In this document: in pieces, positions 12,927 through 22,107 of the stretch
How positions within the stretch are numbered: position 1 is the first letter of the stretch
How the letters are laid out: the number at the start of each line of letters is the position of its first letter
Assembly: GCF_025526975.1 (NCBI RefSeq)
Contig: NW_026515668.1
Coordinates: 124,001 to 188,000 of the forward strand
Reading direction: 5' to 3'
From: Fimicolochytrium jonesii
Lineage: Eukaryota
DNA: 64,000 nt
Notes under the pieces: model-generated
The model's input: the letters and a program-made list of their open reading frames with translations, nothing else
Databases searched by the model: none
What the model was told of the DNA's origin: nothing
Translations under genes and position numbers: made by a program

Positions 12927-15900
12927 TCACCGTGGGGTATGAAGTGTATGCGGCTTCAGGGGGCTGTATCCTAGATCGGCCTCAAAGGGGGTCATGCCGG
13001 TTGACTGGTTTCGTGCGTCATTGTATGCGAATTCGAGGCGGAAAGGTAACGAGACCAGTTGCGTCCTGAGAGGTCGGGGATGCAGGCCAGCATCTGTTTG
13101 ATCGTCCCGATCGCGCGCTCTGTCTGGCCGTCGGTTTGCTGGTGCCCGGTGGTTGCTATGGCGGTGCGGAAGCCGAGGTAATCGGAGACGTTGAGCCAGA
13201 ACTCGGATGTGAACCGGGGGTCTCGATCGGTTACCAAGGTTTTCGGGATACCATGAAGACGGATGATGTTGTCGACGAAGAGCTGGACGGTTTGCGAAGC
13301 AGTGATGTCGCGGCGGCATGGCGCAATGTGGACGCGCTTCGACAGTCTGTCGACTACGACCATCACGGCGTCGTTCCCATTCGCGTCTCTGGGCATGTAT
13401 GCGAAGTCCAGCGTGAGGTCAGTCCAGTGCGCGGTAGGTATCGGAAGGGGTTGGGTCATTCCGGGTTTCTACCGTCGGGTTTTCGCGCGAAGACAGGAGT
13501 CGCATGTGCTGGTGTAGCGCTTGACATCACGTTCGAGATGCTTCCAGTAGAACTGACCCCGGACGCGCTCGTAGGTGTTGTACCATCCGGGGTGGCCGGC
13601 CGCCTCCGCCGAGTGTGAATCGTGAAGGAGTTGTGGGGTGTCAGGGATGTAAAGCCGGTTGTCGTAGAAAAGCAGGCCGTCGGCGTAGCGGTGTCGTCGG
13701 ATGTGAACCGTTTGTGACTGTGGCGCTCGGTCCAGGGCCTGGATGATTTCGATCGCATAAGGGTCGCTCTTGAGCTCGGCGCGGACGATGTCTTCGAGGT
13801 CATTGGTGCTGGCAAGGACCGCGTTCACGTATACAACGCCGCGGCACTTGTGGCACCGTGGGGCGTAGTCGGGGCGTCGGGAGAGGAGGTCGGCGATGGT
13901 GTTGTGTTGGCCGTTCACATAACCGATGGTGTTCTGGTGTTCTTGGAGGAGTTCGACCCATGTGGCTTGGCACCTGGATAGGTGTGGTTGGGTGCGGAGC
14001 CATGTCAACGACTTGTGGTCCGTGAGAGCCGTGAACTCGCGCCCGCGGACGTAGGGGGAAAAGCTCTTGATGGCCTCTACGAGGGCTAGGAGTTCTCGTT
14101 CGTGTACGCTGTACTTGGTCTGATACGAGACCAGTTTCCGGGACCAGAATGCCACGGGGCGTAGTGTGGGTAGAACGTTTTCCCATGTCGCATTCTTGGG
14201 TATGCGGGGGCTCCCCGGCGGGGGTTGAAGTAGGCAAGCGCCCATCGCGTAGCCCGAGGCGTCGATGGTGATGAATAGCTGGGCATTGGGGTCATACCAC
14301 TGGAGTGTGGGTGCGGTGGTAACGGCCTCGCGCAGCGTATCCCACGCCTTTTGTTCAGCGTCGCCCCAGGTGAAGGTCCGGTTGTTGGCCAGCAGGTTGG
14401 AGAGGGGGAGCGCGATCTCGGCGTAGGGGTGTATGGATCCGGACAGGTAATTGGTGAAGCCAAGGAAGGAGCGGATCTCGGCGCGGTCGGTGGGTTGCGG
14501 CCATTCGACCACTGTCGCGATCTTCTCTGGATCGAGCTTCAATCCGTCATTGGATACGACGAAGCCACAGAAAAGGACCGAGGCCTTGTAGAAAGCGCAT
14601 TTGCGGAGGTTGATGTGGAGGCCGTGTGCCCGGAGGCGCCGAAGGACTTCTTTTAGGATGCGTCGGTGCGTCTCGAGATCTGAAGCGTAGATGAGAAGGT
14701 CATCCATGTAGACGATCAAGCCTTGGTCAAGCATGTCGGCGAAGATGTGGTTCATGAGCTTGTTCCACGTCGCCGGCGCTGAGGTGAGGCCAAATGGCAT
14801 CATCTTCCACTGGAAGTGCCCAAATCGCGTGGGGAAGGCTGTTTTGTGAATGTCGTGGGGTGCAATGGGGATACCGTAATAAGCGTCGGTGATGTCCAGG
14901 GTTGTGAAGTACTTGGCACCCTGCAGCCGGTCGCGCATCTCGACAAGGTGGGGGACAGGTGTGCGATCTGGGATGGTCATCTGATTGATGGCGCGGTAGT
15001 CGATGCAGAATCTGAGACCGCCGTCTTTCTTTTTCGCGAAGAGCACGGGCGCGCCCCATGGGGATGACGATGGCTCAATGTACCCTTTCTTGAGCAAGGT
15101 TTGGAGGCGGTCCCAAAGGACATCAAGCTCAGCGGCAGACATGTGGTATAACCGTTGGTATACGGGTTTGGCGCCGTCGCGCAACGGAATGGTGTGCTCC
15201 ACTATCGGCTTTGGTTTCCGGGTGGGGTCCTTCACTGCCGCGAGGTGCTCCTGAAAACGTCGCGGATTTCATCGGGGATGTAGGAGAGGTCTCGAGGTGT
15301 CTGTTCGGCCGGCTCGGGGGTTGCGTGGGTTACATGGACTTGGGCGACGTTGTTCAAATCTAAGGTGGCTGAGCCCATCGCGACGATAGCGCCGCCTTTC
15401 TTGACAAGTCGGCGGAGTTGATGACGCGACACGGGGGTATCGCTTTCGTAACCCGAGTCATGTCCGTCTGTCGCGACTGCCTTGGGCTTTCTATGGGGTT
15501 TCTTGGGAGTCGGTACGCCCGCCACAGCTGCGGTAGGGATCAAATGTTCATTGCCGCGGATGTCGTGGAGGGCTAGGGAGATCGTGGGGCCGACTTGGAC
15601 GAACGAGGGGCAGTGAGCGGTGAACCACGGCAGGCCCACGATCGCGTCGTAGCGTATGGGAGCGACAATCCACGGGAGCCGTTGGTGATAATCGTTGATA
15701 CGCAGGTCGGCGATGGTGTATTTGGACGACGTCCCAGAGGACTCGCGATCCGCATACTCAAGGGTTATCTTTGTTGGGCGCAGGGGGAGGCTGTGGCGTT
15801 TTGCGAATTGATCGTTGAGTACGTAAGTGGTACAGCCGGTGTCCAGAAGGACCGTGGCTGGAACGCCGTTGATGAAGCCAGTGACGGTGAGCGCCGCTTC

Positions 15901-15936
15901 ACCGATCGCAGGGCTGATGGTTCTTTTTCGAGGCAT
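12927..15936 (-). pseudogene. pol: Ty3/gypsy pol (protease-RT-RNase H-integrase), frameshifted
   Basis: ORFs 15232-15936 (protease), 13469-15235 (RT, RNase H, integrase zinc finger), 12992-13459 (integrase core DF...DRD...E) and 12927-13319 (FAYN...TGMTPFE) lie in different frames. Confidence 0.9.
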
Positions 15937-16269
15937 CTAGGTGGCAGCCGGGGGGGATATGCCGCCATGTCGGGCTAGTGACGTTGGTTTGGGGACCAAG
16001 GGCGGTTGTGGACTGTGAGGGGGGTCGGTACCTGGGGCGCCTCGGGTGCTGGCGGTGTGGGCGTTCCGTCGGGGGGTCGACTGGTGTGGGAGAAGCCTGC
16101 ATAGTTCGTCGTACTAGCAGGCTTCACTGAAAATCCCCCTGGGTGGCCTGGGGAACGTCGTGGTCTGGGGAGTCTTGGGGTTCAGTGGTGATTGCGTTGA
16201 TGCGGGCTTTCGGATACTTGGGGCACTCGCTCTGCATGTGGCCCGGCTGGCGACAGCGGAAACAGGCGC

Positions 16270-16820
16270 TGTTATGATCTCGACGACGGGGGCGGAAGCG
16301 AAGTAGAGAAGACAGGGCGAGTGTGATAGGCGACAAGAGATTGTATTGGCGAAACAAGAAACAAGGACTGGAACAGGAGATGAGAAGAACTGGTGTTGAT
16401 CTGCTGGGGAGGAAGGGAATGGACGAAGAGAGGCCGGCTATTTATAGATAGGCAACCCAGCAGATCAGAGAACAACAACAACAAGAGGGGACTGGGGGGG
16501 CGCCAGCTATGCTCCTAGAGCGTGCGTGGCGAGCGTCGAGAGCATTGCTACAGCTGCTGGCTATGGGGAAGTAGTGGGGGGTGTGGAGAAGCCGAGGGGG
16601 GATTGGCAAAATGAGAGGAGAGAGGAGGAGTAACGATATTGCAAGAGGATTGGCGAAATGAGAGGAGAGAGGGGGAGTGGCATTGACATTGACATTGACA
16701 CTGACATTGACACTGACATTGACACTGACATTGACATTGACATTGGCGTTTGACATTTGGCGGTTGACATTGGCGGCTGTCAGTAGTTGAGCTTATGGTA
16801 TGGGCGCGTCGTCCATAACA
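16270..16820. mobile_element. Solo LTR (551 bp) with 5-bp target-site duplication GGCGC
   Basis: Termini TGTTATG...CATAACA form a 7-bp inverted repeat with TG..CA ends. GGCGC flanks at 16265-16269 and 16821-16825. Removal restores the gag zinc knuckle in frame. Confidence 0.88.
16681..16745. repeat. (GACATT/GACACT)n hexanucleotide microsatellite inside the solo LTR
   Basis: About 11 tandem units visible directly. Confidence 0.95.
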
Positions 16821-18016
16821 GGCGCCTTGGTCCCGGAGACGTTGGCGTTCGTTGTTGGTAAGCTTGCGCAGGCGCTTAGTAGCCGGACCGGTGCCCACAG
16901 CGTCGACTGCAGCACGTTTGTTGGAGGGGGGCCACTGTTTCGCCGGAGGTCGTTAGTCTTTGTAGGCTTCTTCGCGCCGGGCGCTGTCGACGGAGTAGAC
17001 GTTGTCGGCTAACGTAACGAGCTCGGCAAGGGACATGGTCAAGCTCGATGGGTTGGCGGCGAGCAATCGTTGGATCCCGGGTGGCAGCCTTTTGCGGAAG
17101 GCGTGGCAGGCTTGTTTGTCTGACATCTCCGGTACCTCGAGGAGGAGTGCAGAGAACTTTTGGTAGTACTCGTCGATTGAGCCCGTCTGGCAGAGCCGTT
17201 CGAGGGCAAGGAGAGCATGCTCTTCCGCGTTGGGTGGAATGAACCGGTTGCGTAGTCCGTCCTTGAACGCTTCCCAGGTAAGGATGGTGGCCTCTGCCTG
17301 CTCGTACCATTGTTCGGCAGTATCTTTGAGCTTGGATGCCGCCAACGAGATCTTCATGACATCAGGGACTTCGGGGATTGCGGCAAAGTATCGGTCGAGG
17401 CGGGTGAGGAATTCGTTCGCCGACTTGGTTGGGCGGGAAATGCCGTCGAACGTAGCGAGGCCTTCACGGAGGGATTTGGCGATGGGGCCTTCGGGGACGA
17501 AGTTGGTCGTGTCGCCGCGCGCTTGCAGCTCAGGGGGTGTTACCGGGGAAGGTAGGTGGGATTGAGCGGGTGAGGCCAGTGTACGGTTTACAGGGCGTAC
17601 GTTGCTGAAGGTAAAGGGGGTCTGAGGTTTGGCGGTGGTGTGGGTTGGGTGTTGTTGGTTTTGTTGGACTTGTAGGGTAAGGAGACGTTCAAGGCGTTTG
17701 GTGTTTTTGTGGGATTCTTTAACAAGACGGTAAAGGTTGGCTTGACGGGCAAGGATATCGGCCTTGTCAGCGGCAGCTTGCTTGCGGGTTTCGTTCACGA
17801 CGTCGGCGAAGCTGGCTTCCATCTGCGCCATGAGTTTGAGGAGGCTTTTAGGGTCAAGCTCCTCTGCGCCGCTGTTGTCGTCGTCCGGGTTGTTGCGCAG
17901 CTCGGCTTGGTCGGTGTGGGAACTCTCGCTGACTTGGTTGTCCTGGCCGTCTTTGTCGTTTCCCTTGCCGTCATTGTTGGGGTCTTCTTCGTCGCCGTCG
18001 TGGGGTGCGTCAACGG

Positions 18017-18067
18017 GTGGATCAGTGCATAGCATAAACCATTGGTTTATGCTATGCACTGATCCAC
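18017..18067. repeat. Perfect palindrome, 25-bp arms around a single central T (18042)
   Basis: GTGGATCAGTGCATAGCATAAACCA-T-TGGTTTATGCTATGCACTGATCCAC. Confidence 0.98.
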
Positions 18068-18831
18068 TATACAATTGCACTGTGCATTAACCGTACTGAC
18101 TCCACTCAACACTGTGCATTAACCGTAACGGCTGCTGAAAGTGTAATGCATTAACCGTACTGGCGGGTGTATGGTGTAATGTATTAACAATGTACCCTAC
18201 ACCTTCGGTGTTATGCATTAACCGCACAAGCCTTTCAGCCATTAACCATCCTTGCGCATTTGGGAAAAGGGGGGCAAAGTCAAAATTCCCCCCTACATGC
18301 GTCGAGTCCAACCAACCTTTCTACTACTTCCCCATTCCCTGTTCCATGTAGGGGGGCAAAAAGGCAATTTTCGAACCAACTCTCACCACCAAAAAGAGAC
18401 ATCCTTTTCTCATTCTTCTTTTCAAAACTTTTCATATATCCTCTCATAGGTTTAGAAACTGCCAAAATGCCCCCCCTGTATCTTTTTCCCGTCTGCGGGG
18501 GCATTTTTGAAAAAGGGGGGCAAAACAAAAGGCCGCCTACATGCGTCTAGCCAAACTACCCTTCCTATCTATTCGCCCATACCATATTTCATGTAGGGGG
18601 GCAAAAAGGCAATTTTCGAACCCACCCTCTCCCACACAAATCACACTTCTTTTCTCATTATTGCTTCTCAAATACTTTTTATATATTCTCTCATAGGTTT
18701 TGAAACTGCCAAAATGCCCCCCTACATCTATTATCCCGTCCTCACTCTCTCTTTTCTTTCCACTTCTCTACATTCCTCTAGGGGGGCATTTTCACTTTGC
18801 CCCACTTCTCAAAATGCCCCCCGCTTATTCT
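18061..18831 (+). repeat. Left terminal inverted repeat (771 bp)
   Basis: Reverse complement of 41622-42392, with only a handful of substitutions and two compensating 1-nt indels seen by eye. Confidence 0.97.
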
Positions 18832-21515
18832 ATATACGTCTCTCCTTCTCTGGTCGCCTTTTTCAGTCCGAGGAACCATATGTTCCCTCTTATTTTTCGT
18901 TCCTTGATTTGAATGGTTGTTAGTTCTTTGAAGAATTGCTGCTTTCCGACGCGCCTCGATTGATCGAGAACCGTAACGGAATACTCCTTGTATAAATCAG
19001 ATCTCGTCACTCGGTCCTCATCACTTCCTGTGATATCGTAGTGGAACTTCAACCATTTCGCTGCTGCCAAACTGTTCGCTAGGTTCTTTTGGGTGAAGGC
19101 TCGTACCTCTGCAGGGACTTCAATGCTCATATTGAGGGTTTTATCTTCCTTCACAAAACGTTTGCGGAATATGCCAATGAGAAGCAAGATGAACTCGTCC
19201 CGACATGCATTCGTTTTGAAGTATCCTTTCAATTTCATATCACCTTCTTTTTGAAGTTGTTCCTCCTGAATTCCATCTCCCTCTTCCTCGATTGGTTCAG
19301 AGCCATTGAGAGTGAAACTGTATGGAAACTCTTGCATTCGCACCCGATTGCACAATGCGAGGTCTATTTTATCAAAGACCGGGTCTTCATTTGTCTGAAC
19401 ATTGGTTTGCCCAGTGATTGGAAAACTGATGGGTTTACCGTTAAGTGTTCTCACTGTTATCTTATCATTCCCTGACACTTTCTTGAACATTTCAGATAAA
19501 AATCGATCATTCTTATTTGTTTCGCTTGTCATCAGATACCTCTTTCCGAAGCAATTGTATAGTTGCGAGTTTGCTTTGTCAACATCTTGCTGCTCTCGGG
19601 TAAAGTTTTTCTTGTCCAAGGTATAGAAGTAATTTCCAAACGTAACAGCAAGGAGAGTACCTTCCACACCCTTTCCGTTCCGACCCGGCCCCTTGAGGAT
19701 TGTGAAGATTTCCTCAACTAGTTCTCCGTAGAGACACCTCGCAACATTGCAAAGTCGGTAAGTCATCAATTCTTCAGTTCGGAATATAGATTGGTAAAAG
19801 TTTTCAATCTTCTCACGCATCTCAGGGCTTCGTGTCGTCGGATAGTTGTAACCACATGTGAATAGTATGTAATCATCCCATTTGATGGGTCTTGCCTCTC
19901 CTTCAATCAGGTCGTACACTTTATCGTTAAAAGCAAATAGGTGAGGCTTTGAGAGAAAAAGTTCGATGCAGGTGTCGTTTGCGATACAGAGCCGTTCCAC
20001 GTTCTGTGCTACATTGATGGAGTACGTAGTCTCCTCGATCAGCATTCGAAACTTTTCGTAAATCAATCGCAGTTTCAAATACTTACCGTGCTCACTTTTT
20101 TGTGATTCAAAATCATCTAGTAGTTTCTCAAAACTGCTAATCAACGTGTCTGCAATCTGAAGATTCAAGTCGCTATTTCGGACCCCGCCCTCATACTTTC
20201 GCCAGATATTATCTTTGCCTAGAACAAACATCAAGCCGCTTGAATGTTTTAATAAAGTCTCACCTCGCTCTTCAATGAACCATTCAGCGGTATTCTTGTG
20301 GCTAATATTCAAAATTCGGCGGAAATCAAACTTCTCCCAACCTGTTAGACCTTCCAAATCTTCACAAGTTACAACAATATCCTTTTCTTCACTCGTTTTT
20401 GCGGGTTCAGTAATGGGCGGGAACAAGTCCAAGATCTTTTTGCTTTTATGAACATAGGTTTTTGAGCGTTCACAGTGCTGACATTTGAACGTGAATTTTT
20501 TTCGATCCACTATGAAGAATATTTTGGGAACGGAGACATCGTGTTCTGCGTGGTGCAACATGCAGTATGTGGTTCTCAAAAATACCACAATCGCATCCTC
20601 ATATTGTTGTACGGCCCCAAAATCTCTTTCCAAATATTCCGTTTTTCCACAGAGTTTGGTAACTGAATCGTAAATAGTGCTGATTACCTCCGTATTAGCA
20701 TCGTTGTAAATAGGATATTTTGCCTTTTTCTTCTTTGGTTGCGGTTGGTCTTCAAGGTCCGAGTCCGGAACCAGGACAAATTCATCATTGGCAGGACGCT
20801 TTCTACTATCAGATTGAATTGTCCATTCAACCGGGGTCCAGTCCGCCTCTACATATTGAATGATATACGAAGAGATTGGTGCATCCGGTTCGCTTTTGAT
20901 GAGAAGTCGGTTATCCCAACGATTTTTGACTTTGTCCACCATCACCATGGACCGATTGTTGTCATAGACAGAAAGATCAAAAAATCCATCCTTGAAATTG
21001 TAGTCTCGAACAACATCCGGGAAGTCGGACAAATCTGGGATGAATTTCTTGAGTTTCTTCTTCATTTCATTCCGGGTCGTATACATACCGTCTGCCCATA
21101 GGCGATAAGAGACTTTATATCCACCACCGGTTTCGACGTATTTACCATTTTTGTCCTTGGTGTGCTTAGGAGCGTATCCCATTGTACGGAACGCAGAATG
21201 AAAAGTAATATCCTCATTTAAATACAAGGAGGTAAATACTTTATCAACACCTTTACGGATTTCAGTCTCGACTTCTTCAGAGGGCAGATCGGATTCTTCC
21301 TCAAATCTCATATCGAAATCGACAAACAATTTGATCTTGTCATTGGCGCCCAATTTTGTAAAGTTTTCGGTAAGCCACTTGTGTTCCATATGTTTCTTTT
21401 CGTATTCTTCGAGTGTCCAATTGAACTCGGGAACACCTCCGAAGTAAGATTCCTTGAAATGATAGATGTCTCTGATAGGTTTGGATTCAACGTGAGCAGC
21501 AAATTTGGAAGACAT
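18825..21515 (-). CDS. AEP-type primase / Zn finger / D5-like SF3 helicase fusion (896 aa)
   Basis: N-terminal KLFVDFD, KVSYRL and FDLSVYD primase-like motifs. C..HHAEH...CQHC metal site. FAFNDKVYDL (D5_N), Walker A GPGRNGKG, LMTSE, KKVSGNDKITVR. Stop codon lies inside the TIR. Confidence 0.88.
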   Translation of the reverse strand: MSSKFAAHVESKPIRDIYHFKESYFGGVPEFNWTLEEYEKKHMEHKWLTENFTKLGANDKIKLFVDFDMRFEEESDLPSEEVETEIRKGVDKVFTSLYLNEDITFHSAFRTMGYAPKHTKDKNGKYVETGGGYKVSYRLWADGMYTTRNEMKKKLKKFIPDLSDFPDVVRDYNFKDGFFDLSVYDNNRSMVMVDKVKNRWDNRLLIKSEPDAPISSYIIQYVEADWTPVEWTIQSDSRKRPANDEFVLVPDSDLEDQPQPKKKKAKYPIYNDANTEVISTIYDSVTKLCGKTEYLERDFGAVQQYEDAIVVFLRTTYCMLHHAEHDVSVPKIFFIVDRKKFTFKCQHCERSKTYVHKSKKILDLFPPITEPAKTSEEKDIVVTCEDLEGLTGWEKFDFRRILNISHKNTAEWFIEERGETLLKHSSGLMFVLGKDNIWRKYEGGVRNSDLNLQIADTLISSFEKLLDDFESQKSEHGKYLKLRLIYEKFRMLIEETTYSINVAQNVERLCIANDTCIELFLSKPHLFAFNDKVYDLIEGEARPIKWDDYILFTCGYNYPTTRSPEMREKIENFYQSIFRTEELMTYRLCNVARCLYGELVEEIFTILKGPGRNGKGVEGTLLAVTFGNYFYTLDKKNFTREQQDVDKANSQLYNCFGKRYLMTSETNKNDRFLSEMFKKVSGNDKITVRTLNGKPISFPITGQTNVQTNEDPVFDKIDLALCNRVRMQEFPYSFTLNGSEPIEEEGDGIQEEQLQKEGDMKLKGYFKTNACRDEFILLLIGIFRKRFVKEDKTLNMSIEVPAEVRAFTQKNLANSLAAAKWLKFHYDITGSDEDRVTRSDLYKEYSVTVLDQSRRVGKQQFFKELTTIQIKERKIRGNIWFLGLKKATREGETYIE

Positions 21516-21620
21516 GGTGCTTTACTAAGAATACACTTAGAAGTTTAAATGGCATTTAAACGCAAGTAACAAAAATAAACATATATGTACCAATAAAGAA
21601 GCATCGTTATTGCTACAAAG

Positions 21621-21902
21621 ATGTACATTCCTTACAACTATATTGCATCACTCTTTGAGGATGGAGAAATCAAGACTGTCACAGGCCGGAGCGTCCGTGA
21701 TCTTGCTAGAAAACTAGATATTGCCGCATCCACTGTTGCGCGAATTTTGGGTAATGTAGAATCATGCAGGACGCGGAGACACATCACCATCAAAAGGACA
21801 CTGAAAGAGCCTTTGAGTACGAAATCAGATGATCGGGATCAATCCGAATCGAATTCTATCTTGAAACCTTTAGGTTCCTTTGACTTGACCCAACAATCGT
21901 AG
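21621..21902 (+). CDS. Small putative helix-turn-helix DNA-binding protein
   Basis: SVRDLARKLDIAASTVARIL fits an HTH pattern. Divergent from the primase gene. Confidence 0.55.
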   Translation: MYIPYNYIASLFEDGEIKTVTGRSVRDLARKLDIAASTVARILGNVESCRTRRHITIKRTLKEPLSTKSDDRDQSESNSILKPLGSFDLTQQS

Positions 21903-22045
21903 CAGTATGGCCGATTTTTGATGTAGGGAATAGGTTCTGATTGGCATTCAGCGGTCTTGCATTTTCGAGTTCCTTCCGGGTAATTAATTTTGCCTGAAGG
22001 AGAGCGCTTTGGATACCAAGGACGCATTGTTTCTTTGAAATTCAT
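21839..22045 (-). CDS. Small putative zinc-finger protein (68 aa)
   Basis: CKTAEC...YCYDC cysteine pairs. Overlaps the convergent HTH ORF. Confidence 0.4.
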   Translation of the reverse strand: MNFKETMRPWYPKRSPSGKINYPEGTRKCKTAECQSEPIPYIKNRPYCYDCWVKSKEPKGFKIEFDSD

Positions 22046-22107
22046 TCAAATTGATATGTACAAGGAACTATTTACTTATTTACAATTGTAACGCATATTT
22101 CCACAAA

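Noticed and set aside
16261..16825. 9-bp target duplication AACAGGCGC suggesting a Mutator-type insertion
   Set aside because: The TGTTATG/CATAACA termini with a 5-bp GGCGC duplication fit a solo LTR better. The extra AACA match comes from the LTR end.
16442..16898. ORFs with CQCQCQ, NVNVSV and MSMSVS runs
   Set aside because: Translations of the hexanucleotide microsatellite.
18024..18080. N-terminus MQLYSGSVHSINQWFMLCT of ORF 16953-18080
   Set aside because: Read-through from the viral end. The real gag start is at 42509.
18084..18250. CRISPR-like regularly spaced repeats
   Set aside because: Repeat unit is only ~9-13 nt, spacers are partly similar to each other, there are no cas genes, and the host is eukaryotic.
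18087..18923. Short ORFs inside the TIRs, mirrored at 41451-42366
   Set aside because: They differ in frame between the two TIR copies and translate repeat motifs, so they are probably non-coding.
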